Positions 23,401 through 35,600 of a stretch of 64,000 nucleotides of DNA are shown here, in pieces. Each line of letters opens with the position of its first letter. Position 1 is the first letter of the stretch. The DNA lies in NCBI RefSeq assembly GCF_033153115.1, contig NW_026889758.1, forward strand, positions 48,298,001 through 48,362,000. The letters are read 5' to 3'. Position numbers and translations under genes: made by a program. Origin of the DNA: Saccostrea echinata (lineage: Eukaryota). The notes beneath the pieces are model-generated. The model made no database searches, was not told the DNA's origin, and was given only the letters and a program-made list of their open reading frames with translations.

Positions 23401-26400
23401 ACCGAGAGTCGAAGCCTTAAAATCAGGATCATTAACTGTCAAAAAAAAAGTCACATCTTTAGAATAAATCATCATAATATCTCTGAAAGTTTATACCGAG
23501 AGTCGAAGCCTTAAAATCAGGATCATTAACTGTCAAAAAAAAAGTCACATCTTTAGAATAAATCATCATAATATCTCTGTAAGTTTATACCGAGAGTCGA
23601 AGCCTTAAAATCAGGATCATTAACTGTCAAAAAAAGGTCACATCTTTAGAATAAATCATCATAATATCTCTGAAAGTTTATACCGAGAGTCGAAGCCTTA
23701 AAATCAGGATCATTAACTGTCAAAAAAAAAGTCACATCTTTAGAATAAATCATCATAATATCTCTGAAAGTTTATACCAAGAGTCCAAGCCTTAAAATCA
23801 GGATCATTAAATGTCAAAAAAAAGTCACATCTTTAGAATAAATCATCATAATATCTCTGAAAGTTTATACCAAGAGTCCAAGACTTAAAATCAGGATCAT
23901 TAACTGTCAAACCAAAAGTCATATCTTTAGAATAAATCATCATAATATCTCTGAAAGTTTATACCAAGAGTCCAATTACAAATCAGTACAGATAAATGGA
24001 CTGTTGCCATTAATATATATTAATTTTAACTTTACATAGAATCAAGAGTGCCACTCACAATCCAAATTATCTAAAGGATTTGAAGAAGGGACACGGTCTG
24101 TTTGGGACATGGCTATATTAGAAGGATCTACTGCCTTGTATTCATCAACTGAAAAGGAATTAAACAAATAGTGAATGACCTGATGGATGGAATGATTTGA
24201 ATAGGATTGGAAAGTTATTATAAATGAGTTGGAGCATCAAAGACACACTTATTCTATTACCAGCCTCTGCCTTCAAATACTCGTTATCAGTCAAGATGAT
24301 TCATACTATATTATTTTTGTATTATGATAGAAAGATATATCTGATATTCCCTAGATAAACAAGTTAATAACTACAAAACAAATTAGTCCAGTCAATTTAT
24401 CATTAACATCAAATTAATTGCAAAAGAATTTTTTTTGTTATAAATAAAAATTATTACAAATGTTTAGGCCTATTTCAGAAATTCAGAGTGTATGTTGCAT
24501 TTCCTTGCCTCAATATGATAAAATTTGGGGAAGAGGATATCTGAAAATAGGTCAAGTTTTGTCACTACTCTTTATGTATGATTTTTTTTCATTATATTTA
24601 GAAAATATAAAAGAAATGACTAATACATACTAAATAATACTTTAAAGGAAATTTTTATTTTGTTTTCTAAACTCTGTATTCACTATTTATTAAACAAATG
24701 CCAATATTTCCAAAATATCAAAAAGGTGTAAGTTAAATTCAAAATATCCATTTGAAATCTTTACTATCTATGTGAAGTAATGATCTGTTAAACTACATGT
24801 ACATCAAAAATGTTTAAATCAGATTAAGCAATCATGAAAATGGGAATTTCTTTTGATCATTGGTGGATTTACAGAGCTATGCCTCTATTCTATAATAAAT
24901 GTAATTCCCAAAAGTAATTAAAATAAATCATGTCAAAATTATGCTTTCCCTTCATTGCATTTTCTTAGGCTTTTTACTTTATATATTTTGTACATGCTAG
25001 ATTTTATTTATCACAAAATAATTTCTGTTGCAATTACATGTAGTTTTACATTGGAACTACATTTTTGCTAAATTGACTGGACTAAATAGTAAATATGGAA
25101 AAATAGTTTTACCATGGTCTCCATATTCGAGCCTAACTGCATATGCTAATATCCATTCAATCATACTGGTTCTCTCAGATTGCTGATAAGGACATCCTAG
25201 ATCTTTAAAATACTGAAAAATGTACATGTGTATGTTAAGTAAATATACTCCTGAGGAAAGAGAAATGACTTTTGGTCATAATGTGAAGCACTGTTACGCA
25301 GCCACTCACAGATTCACATGCTTTAGTCCAGTCACTGCTTTTAATATTCCTGAGTCCTGTTCGGTCTTCTATCTTGTAATGACGAATTTTCTGATCCTCT
25401 ACCCATATGATGAAATTGCGAAATTCATTTTCATCTGTCAGACCAATAGATGTGCAATTTATTATCAATGTGATATAAATAAATGCATCAAAACTTTAAT
25501 AATTTGAAAATTACATCAAAATGACAATCAATCTTTAAAGTCATATATGGCGTATTTTTTATATGTTCAGACTAACTAAAATTAAAAAGATCTTTCTATT
25601 TGTTTTATTATTTTATATAAAGATAGGACTTTCCTGTAAATTACACAATTTAAATCAATCACGTTTCAAAGATTTTAGAAATTTAAAAAAATAACCGGTT
25701 TATTTACAGACTCCGCATTTAAATAACAGACACAGATTAAAGTCAATATAACTATGGAAACATGAGGTTATTCAAGTTTAAAATCGGTGAAAATTTTAAT
25801 TTGAACGTAAATAACATATATCATGTTTATTTACACTCATTGTCGTATTTCTATTTTTTTATAGCTCAGATAAGCCATACATAGCTTTAACAGTTAAAGC
25901 ATTCTTTATGTAAAAATAAATAAGTAATAATTGGCAAGTTGCTTTTCGACAAGAAATAAACAGGTCCGGCACAATCTCTTGATTTAGCTATATAGCTTGA
26001 TTTAGCTATATAGCTTTATTAAGCTATTCAGAATAGCTTGATTTAGCTATTTTATCACACTTTTTTCTTAAATGAGTTATTTTCTCAGAATGCACAAATA
26101 GTCGCACCTTGGTGCAGTGATAATATTCAACCTTGAACTCCTCTGAAAATAATGCATGTAAAGATCACTCATCAAATTACGTCTCCTTAAGAGACTTTGT
26201 ACTCAAAGTTCTTAAAGTTTTGGGGCTATATAAAGCAATTGATACAGTTACTTCTTCATTGAAATTATAAAAGAGGCCAATTATGGTCAACAAGATAATT
26301 GATTAGTAATAATTCAGTACAATGAGAAGCAATCATACTTATCCACGCCTCGAAACACACAAGGTGGTGTACAGTTACTCAAACAATGGAAATTCATCTT

Positions 26401-26841
26401 TTGCTTAAAAGTATTCAAATGCTGCAATGTTAGAACTATCTTTGATTTCAGTTGTTGTTTTGATAGCCCATAGTACATATATGAATAATCAAATACTTCC
26501 GACTTTTTGTCTATTTCTTACAAAAAACATTTTTCTGAAAAACTGCACATAAATAGCTTTATCAAGCTATTTGGAATAGCTTAATAAAGCTATATAGCTT
26601 TTTCAAGCTATATAGTAGCTTTTTCAAGCTATATAGCTTAATCAAGAGATTGTGCTGGACCTGATAAATAATGAAAATGCTTAGTCTAGCAAAGGTTTCT
26701 GGAAAACTTCTTTTTCATATGATGTATAGGCGCAACCTGTTATAAAATTCAGCAGAAAATATGGTATATACATATCGTACCATTTGCATTGAATTCGTTT
26801 GGGTTTTGGTAACCGAGAGCGCTTAATTTTCTTCTAAACAT
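20406..26841 (-). CDS. RTRAF: RNA transcription, translation and transport factor (C14orf166/CGI-99; tRNA ligase complex subunit), 245 aa. Exons: 26841-26781, 25434-25310, 25212-25113, 24148-24059, 21276-21188, 21090-21022, 20877-20829, 20560-20406
   Basis: MFRRKLSALGY, FRNFIIWVEDQKIRHYKIEDR, AVRLEYGD, NPLDNLDFNDPDFKAGV, AAKILRLIHIKNLRDLQTQIN...ANPKTDSRLGKVGY*. The eight GT-AG exons sum to 738 nt. Confidence 0.96.
21255..23973. repeat. 94-bp tandem array (~29 copies) in RTRAF intron 4 that includes the exon-5 acceptor
   Basis: Unit gccttaaaatcaggatcattaactgtc-a9-gtcacatctttagaataaatcatcataatatctctgaaagtttataccgagagtcgaa; copies are near-identical. Confidence 0.97.
25961..26663. mobile_element. 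MITE with long TIRs in RTRAF intron 1
   Basis: caggtccggcacaatctcttgatttagctatatagc ... gctatatagcttaatcaagagattgtgctggacctg. Confidence 0.8.
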
Positions 26842-27247
26842 TCTAACTGCAATAATGCCAATATCAGTTTTGATCACACGTTTCAACCTAATATCGTTAC
26901 CGGATGTGGAGCGTGCAAGAGAAAAGATGAATTGTAATGGGAACATCAACAGTTTCCGGATTGTTTTATATCTACGAGTCCCCCCCCCCCCCCCTCAAAA
27001 AAAAAAACTAAATATAACGATAATAATAAAAGTTAACAATACTGTAAAAATGAGATGAGGAAATTGCATGCGTGGATCTAGAGGGGGGGGGGGGGGTTCC
27101 GGACCCCCTGCAATTTGCAAAGTTATTAAAAGTATATATGAAGAAAATAAAAAATGACTTTGGACCCCCCCCCCCCCAAAAAAAAAAAACGTGGACCCCA
27201 CCGTCATCACCACAACATAGGTGTTTTTCACATTTGGAAAATGGATT

Positions 27248-27401
27248 NNNNNNNNNNNNNNNNNNNNNNNNNNNNNNNNNNNNNNNNNNNNNNNNNNNNN
27301 NNNNNNNNNNNNNNNNNNNNNNNNNNNNNNNNNNNNNNNNNNNNNNNNNNNNNNNNNNNNNNNNNNNNNNNNNNNNNNNNNNNNNNNNNNNNNNNNNNNN
27401 N
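27248..27401. other. Assembly gap (N run) within a G/C-homopolymer-rich interspersed repeat
   Basis: Run of n flanked by gcgtggatctagaggggg ... cctggatccgcgccc. Confidence 0.95.
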
Positions 27402-28079
27402 GGATTTAATACGTTTCGGAAGGGAATTTGGTGTTTTTGTTTTTGTTTTGTTGTTGTTGTTGTTGTTTTTTTTTTTTTTTTTTTTTTTTGCTTGTCAAGA
27501 AATTTTGGGTTGGAAATTTTTTTGACTGGGATGGTCCCCCCCCCCCGGAAAAAATCCTGGATCCGCGCCCGAATTGTAAATATTTTCAATTAATTTTTCA
27601 CGAACTATTCGTAATAATCTGTCGTTTATAGCCAAAAACATATTTTTTAAAAAAGAGAACACCGCTCCCCCTTTTGAAAATACAAAACTAAGGATATTGA
27701 TACAAAACACACGTCAATAACATTTCTTGACTTAATTATAACGTTTAATCTTATCATGGGAAGGTAAAGGCGTAGGCCGGGGCCTTGGTACAGAGGAATG
27801 GAGACAAGTGCCTCGGTACAGGACCCCCCCCCCCACCTCCACCCCCACTCCTTTCCCAGTCACAAAGCGGCTTCATGACTATATTTCCAAGATTTATTCT
27901 TCTACTCAAAAATATATAAAACAAGCCACTGGTATAAACAAGGAATTTTTACAGGATGGTGTCTGCCAACTTTCTTATCTTTATACCGGTGGCTTATGAA
28001 GCGGCAAATTAACATAACTCAGACAAATGGAGATACCTGCAAATAACTGAAGATTTCATTTACATTGTATCCCATTATT

Positions 28080-28170
28080 CAATCTGATTAAAATCAGATC
28101 CTTTGATCCGCTCACAGATCGCTAGCGATCTATATGAGCGGATCAAAGGATCTGATTTTAATCAGATTGC
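28080..28170. mobile_element. ~90-bp near-perfect palindrome with 9-bp flanking direct repeat
   Basis: caatctgattaaaatcagatcctttgatccgctca...tgagcggatcaaaggatctgattttaatcagattg, with cccattatt on both sides. Confidence 0.75.
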
Positions 28171-29236
28171 CCCATTATTGTGCGCAATAATTGATGTGGT
28201 GCACTTCAAATCAATTATTGCTTTCATCAGTTGAATTAATGAGAGCAATGTTTTATTTGATGCATGCATTAATATTATTGTATTTAGTTCATTTGATGTG
28301 TGTACGTATGTATAATAGTTGACCTCAACAATGTGATGGAATAATTAATTATTTGTTTTAGACCTGTGTATAAATGATTTGTTGATCCCTTTAGATATTC
28401 AGTTGATTTTTTTTTTTTTTTTTTTTTTGCTTGTCAGAAAATTTTTGGTAGTGCCCCCTCAACTGTCAACTGAAAAATATTTGGCTGTGCCCCCCCCCCC
28501 CCCCCAAACTGAAATTGCTTCCTACGGGCCTGGTATTGATGCGTGCATCATTTCGTTTCTAGCGAGCAATAATATTCAATTAAAGAGATCATTATAATGT
28601 TGCTTTGAAGATATCACTTGCTGCTTTCTCTAAAAGAATTGTTGTCCACATTTGTAGGATAAATATGTCACTAATATTCAATTAAAGAGAGAAATAATTT
28701 CAATTAATGCTCGCATTAATTGAATTATTGATCTCTTCCATTGAATTGCTTCGCGCATAAATTCAGTTAGTGTACTTAAAGAGTTAACACCCCCTCGCAC
28801 TTTACATTCAAGGATACCCTACTCATTTCTAATGCTCCATGGTGGTTTATTTTTTTAATCATTTATTGCTTTTTTCTTCTTCTTTTTCGATGGGGTTCCA
28901 TGAATGTAAAGTGCTGGGGGATCAGTGGGTAAGTTTTTTTTTTTAGCAAGAAAATAGGGCCTAGTTTTTAATTATGTACACACAACTATACCTAATTTCG
29001 TCTGAGATTCGTTTAGTTTTGATATTTGGAGTGACGCCGTCGCAACAGACAAACATCCAGTCAAGTCAATTACACATGACATGTTATTTTTTTGGCGCGG
29101 AAAGTCACAAATTGATTTGTAGCCAATCAAAATAGAGAAAAATTACAGTGCGAGCCTGTTTTGTTGTGATTAGTTCCTCTTCGAGTTTCCTCGGGTGCAC
29201 GCAAGGTCCTCTAGGTGTGCACAGGTAAAAGCAATA

Positions 29237-31506
29237 ATGAAGGGAACGATCGAGTTGAACAATGTAATTATATCGGAGGAGAGTGTGAAGGAAATTTGTG
29301 ATGCAGCTAACGGTGGGAAATTGAAGACACTTTCTTTGCGCGATTGTGAAATTGACGAGACATTTTGCAGCTCTATTTTGAAGGCAGTTGGAGCTTGCAA
29401 GTCAATTTTGCAGTTAAGCTTGTGCGTTGGCATGGTAAAAACTAAAAAAGATGTTTCAGCACTTTGTAGGTGCTTACAGAAAAACAGATCTCTACTCGCT
29501 TTGTTGTAAGTACTTAATTCTAATTTATTATTTTTAATCAGTTAATATCAAGAATAAAAGCTAGTAACTTAATTATTCATTATTTTGAACTTTCAATATC
29601 GTATTTTCACAAACTTGCCTAAGAATCGCAAAATATTGCGTGACTTCTGTAAAGAAATGGAAAAAAAATCAATGAAAAGAATCCATACATGCAGTAATTA
29701 ATTGGCTGGCAAATAATAAATATTTAATCTAAATGGCCCCAGTGGTTATTTGCAATCACTATTATCAGTATTCAAATGTATACTGTATTCAGTACCCATA
29801 TAATACATTACTATTATAGCATCCATGGTAATCCCCTAAAGGATTCAGGTATGCAGAGAATCTGTGGAGAATTAATCCATCATCCACACATTGCAACTCT
29901 TGATGTCAGTGACTGTGAATTAACAGACCAGTCTATGGAGTACCTGTGTAATCTATTACCAAAGACTGGCACAAAATCAGGTGGAGAAAGGGTTTATCTT
30001 CTGTAATAATACCAATAAAATGTAGCCCACCATGATAAAGATTCTAAAAATGATATATACTATAGGTGCATGGAATACATCTGTTTAAAACCTAAATTCT
30101 CATTTTAAAAAAATGTATGTCTTTGACAGATATTTCTGTAAATAACATAATTAGTGTGAAATTAATTTGGCAAGGTTAGATTATATTTATTCCTAGATTT
30201 GCACATACTGTCTCTAAAAAAGTAATTAGATTAACTTCAATTGTATTATTTTTATTTTTTTTTTTTGATGAGAAAATCTTGTAAAATTGCAGAAGAGATG
30301 ATTTTTTGGCAAACAAAATGTGATTTACATGTTTAGTACCCCCCAATATTTTCTGATATAAAAACTAAATAAAATAAAATTATTTAAAACATTAAAAAGG
30401 CAAATAATATTCTTGTACAATCTGTAAAGGGAGAAAACTCTTTGTAGGTTTGAAAGACCTTTCCCTCAGTGCTAATCCTGGAATATCACAGAAATCCTGG
30501 ACAAAGTTTGCTGCTTCACTAGCAGCCAGCAGCAATCTTCGTGAGCTCTATCTAGATTACAATAACCTTGGTGACTATGCAGCTAGTTGTATCGTGATTG
30601 GGCTTACTGGGTCACAAAATCTTCAGGTCCTTGATTTAGAAGGCACAAACATTGGAGACTCCACAGCTGAGGTGAGTGACAGTCTTCCTTTCAAATGACT
30701 AAATATGAAAATACCCACCCATCTTAACACCCCCCCCCCCCCCCCCCCCCGTAGAAAAAAATTCAATCCATCAAGATTGTTAATCTGGACTTTTAAAATA
30801 TTTGTAGTAATACCTGTACATCTTTTATTATATTATTCAAAAGTGATGATTCTGTATCATTTAACTGGTAAAGGAAGGATGTAATAAAATATAAACAATA
30901 TAATAATTCAGACACAACCTGAAATGCTACATATTCTTATTGCAGTTGATTGAGCATTTACTTGAAAAGTTTCCCTCCCAGCTTCATAAAGTGGTGCTGA
31001 AAGAAAATAAAATAAACAGCAATATCATAGAAAAGATTTCTTCCTTTCTGGATGAAAGTGACGACATTTCTGACACATTTAGCATTCAATCCATGAAACT
31101 AAGAACAAAATCATCTGGTAAAACTTCAAAGTCCAAAACTTCCACACAGAAGAGCTCCACCCTGAAAGACAGCACTAGAGAGGATGAGTTATCATCAGAG
31201 GATGAAAAAACTGATAAAGAAAAAGAAGAAGAAAGTGATATGAAAGACACTGTGAAAACTGATGAAGATTATCGTGTGCTGGCGATGGCTTTGGAGGAGG
31301 GACTGAGCACCGGGAAGATCAGTGCCCTGTCTGGAACCATGGAGGAAGATAATGAAGAGGAGGAGCTTACAGAAGTCCCGGTGACATCACAAAGTCCTGT
31401 GATACGATTCACAGAGAACAAACCACAGACTTGCTCTGCAGAGGACTTTGGTGATGAAGGAGATGAACTTAAAGAAATCCCCCTTTTTCAACATGCCACT
31501 ATTTGA
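29237..31506 (+). CDS. LRRC73: Leucine-rich repeat protein 73-like. Exons: 29237-29505, 29820-29980, 30448-30671, 30946-31506
   Basis: LSLRDC, NRSLLALFIHGNPLKDSG, LDVSDCEL, KSGLKDLSLSANPGISQKSW, LDYNNLGD, VLDLEGT; acidic C-terminal tail; consistent splice phases. Confidence 0.88.
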
Positions 31507-32662
31507 CAAGCCGGAATATTTTTATTGTCAACATAATATATGTCTTAAATTGATTAAACAAATTGTTTTAAACATTGAAAAGAATTTGCCATCTTGTCAC
31601 CTTTGAAATGTCACAAGATCTATAGCCCTAATAAATATTAGTGATGAATATCAACTAAGTTACTATTATGGTACAAACCTATTTATAATGAATGACATCT
31701 TTAAGTGAGGCAAGTCTCACCTTGAATGAATCTTCAACTAAATATTATGTTGCTACTCAACCTTAAATGTACTAAGTTTGTCCAAAACTAGAATTCATAG
31801 ATTCAACATCCTTGCAAGTGTGATTAATGTTGAGGTTATCTTGCATCTGGGCTGCGTTCAAGATTGTAGCTGCTATGTAGCTCCATGTAGCTGCTATGAT
31901 CTTGAATGATATGCTAGCCTAGCCATAACAAGCATTATGATAGAAAACAAAGGGTTTACTTCAGAAAACCACAGAATCTTCAAGATACCAGTAACTACTC
32001 TCTGTGTTTGTCCTTATCACATTCATCACAAAATTTCACATTCATAGAACATTTTATTTCCTTTGTTCCATTAAGTTTACCATTTTCTGAATAAATTATT
32101 CCATAAATACAATTATCAGAACATGTACCATATATATACACATTCATTGTAGAGCCTTTCAGTTACTGCTTACAATTTCTGTAAATCATGTTTTTGTTTC
32201 CAAATTTACAGCATTTTGGCATGTGTATTCGCCTAGGGATACTTTCATATTTAGTATATCTATAATGCACATGTAAATAGATTAAAATTGAATGAAATAT
32301 ATATGGAAAAGTGGTTTTGAAACCTACATGCATGGCAGCATCATAAGTAATGCCTGCTTTTACTTTTCCAAATAAGAAAATTTTTCCTTAGTACTTGCCA
32401 GTAAAAGTTTTACAGTCTCAGTTTCTGTTTCTTGGTGAATCAATTTAAAAGGTGAAGCCATGTAAGTTATAATTATTGGTTCTTGGTCACAGAAAAACAA
32501 ACTTAAAAGCATTGTATACACATACATTAAATACAGAATTTTTGGCTTGAACTGAAGACCCAAGAGTAAAATAATCATGAGTACAACATATTCTAAATGT
32601 CTTTTGAAAAAAAAATGAATTGAAAAAATTGTAATTTAAATTTCACTAAAGCACAGATGCAA

Positions 32663-35600
32663 TCAAACTGCTTTAGTATTCTTATGTTTCTTTTTCTTCT
32701 TTTTCTCTGATGGGGGAGTGGGTGGGGGGTAGTCAAATTTGAGCTTCCTGGGTGTCATGTACTGCCTGACCACTTCATCCGTGATCGTGGTCCTCCTCTG
32801 TCGATGTTCTCCAATCAACTTCTGTAGAATTTCTATCAACTCCTTCTTAAGGAAGCCTGTCAACAGCTCTCCACTTGTGTAAGTCTGAATACATAAATAT
32901 TAGCATGTGACAGAAGTCTTTCTCTGAAAGGCATGAAAACTTACTTAAGCATGCAGAAATGAAAGTAAAACTTGGATATATATTGAATCACCCAGAATGA
33001 TTGAAATAAATGATTTTCTAGTAATTTCTGTGTTCACTATAAATATGTTTTTATTGTGCCATATGTGTGAAAAAGATGTCAATAATTATTGACGATGTAC
33101 AGTAAAAATCCCAATAGCAAGGACTAAGCATTCATTTGCCTGTTTAATGTCTATGAGTAGAGAAGAAGATTTTCAAAGATGAAATGTAAATGAAGTTTCA
33201 ATGACCAACTACCAGGTAAGCCCCACCTTATGGCTGAACCAAGGACAAAAGGGGTCTAAATTTTATAATTTTGCTGCGAAAGGCATGAAGATTTTCTAAG
33301 ATGTAAAATATCTTCACTGTATTAGTGTAAGCCCAACTTTTCCTCAGTCTGGAGCCTGAACCCTGCGCTCAGGTGCTATGAATTTCAAAATTTTGGCAGA
33401 GGATCTTTTGCTTATTACTGGTACAATCACACTAACAGTTTGACTGCTTGATGCCCAGGAGTAGAGAAAAATAGAGGGTTTTTAAAAATTGCATTAATTT
33501 TGATGGTTTTGACCACATCTCTAAGGCCCCAGGGTGGAAAAGACTTTGAAATGTACAATTTTTGTTCCCCTTTACCCATAAATGATATAGACTAAAATTG
33601 GTTAAAATTGGTTCAGCAGTTCCAGAGAAGAAGCTGAAAATGTTCAAAAGTGTAAAAGCAAGGAATGATCAGGAAAAAAAGCCCGAGATAGCAATATTTC
33701 ATGTGAGTGATTCGTGTGACCAAATGAAACTGTTTTATCTCAAGAGTCAAACAAAATGTTGTAGTAATTATTCTAACCTTCTTAATTTCCTCCAGTCTTT
33801 CATCACTCTCCATGAAGAATGTCATATACTGAAATGCCACGTCAACATCGCAGTTACCTCCCTTCTCCTTGTGTTCCTCAACAGTGGCTCCACCTCCAGA
33901 AAACGCATACTTGTTAATCTGTAACAGTGAAGTCATCATTGTCACATCTCCTATCATGACTTACTTCCTCATATACCTGTATGACCCGTATAAAGAGCTG
34001 GGTTCTCTTAATGCATAAAATAGCCCTTCTATAGACCAGTTAAATGTCACAATATGTCAAAGAATGAGTGGATTTAACACCTAATTTTGGATCTTTTTGC
34101 GATTCCTCTACCAAGCTGTAAATGAAGTGAATCCAAAATATTTTACAAGCAATAGAAAGAGCTAGGTAGAAAATTTGTACAAAAGCAGTGCCTTGTTGCT
34201 ATGAATCAAAATTGAAGCAACGATACATTAGTGTTGCCGTCCGGAATTTGACATGTACCCGGAGTGGTTTTTAGGTCGCTTAATCAATATTAATAGGAGG
34301 TGGGGTTATTGATCGGCGTCAGTGTCGACATCTCTCTCTCCTTTCTCTCTCTAGAAATTCGAAATTGTGTATGGTATATTACAGCAATGTCAATATGAAA
34401 TTAATGTGAGAACACGCAAAATTGTAACAACGTTTAATTCGCTAAATTCTGAAAATTGCAACCAAACACACTCCAATGATTTAGATCAAGGTCAAGCTGA
34501 AGAATACAATGTATAATAGTTTTCACGAGTACACTCGCAGGTGGACATCACGTGATGAATTGAAATATTCAACAGGTCAATCGAAGTCAAATCAAGGTTA
34601 ACGCAGTCATTACAATGGAAGCGATAAGTTTGTTTTGAACATGTTTTTTGTAAAATTAAGTATGAGTGCACGTTTGTCGGCTCTTCTCCTTTTAATGACA
34701 TTATTTTGTTCAATATACAACTACAGTTTTCTTAAGAACAGCCAACAAACATGTGCTGACTATGTATTCAGATGATGAAAAATGTGTGACCCTGATTATC
34801 TATTGATATTCAAGAAATCTTCGGGCCCCATGCCTTTGATATTAATTTAGTTTTTCTCGAAAAGAGCGTTTTAAATTCATATCTGCACCAAGAATACACG
34901 GTTAACATATGCGGTATTTACATGATGGAAAGAAATAAACATTTTATAACACTTTAATTTACGGCATTTTTTCTGGACACTTAAGTCCATCCATTCTTTC
35001 AAACATTAATATAAATTCATGCTTTCATTAGCCATACCAGGTTTCTTCTGGGAAACCAGATATATAAGAACAGGCTTAACGATATTCTGATGTTCTTAAA
35101 ATTGTTGTACAACAAAGAATTTACTTATGAGCACAGGTATAATCCAAAAAGTAAAATTTGTGACAATATGCCACGAGTGATACTTGCTTCTAACTACATG
35201 TAATTGATTACAATCAATCTTCCTGAAGATAAGGCCTATGTTTTACAAGTGCTGAAATCCTACTGATAAGAAAATAAATTCACTGAAAAAAGAAATCTTT
35301 TGAAATTTCACATGGACTTATTAAAGGTGCATAGACACAGATCTGAACTTAATATTTTCTCAAATTTTCTGCATAATATCACAACTTATATATTGCAATA
35401 ACATTTCACACGAAAATATAATTAAAAACTTATTTTATCTGGAAATTATTGGAACTGTGAATTCTGGGACGCGTTTGATTAACACATTTTTATACTTACT
35501 CAAATTTTAACTTTATCCTTAATATTTAAGAAAAGAAACGATTTTGTTATGTATTAATGAAAAATATTACATCCATAATCCAGAAAATTCAGAGTAGAAA

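Noticed and set aside
21255-23973. CRISPR-like array
   Set aside because: The units are contiguous near-identical 94-mers with no unique spacers, there are no cas genes, and the context is a eukaryotic intron.
34230-35090. CpG-richer stretch in a WARS1 intron, possibly another transposon
   Set aside because: I could not define TIRs, a TSD or coding motifs by eye.
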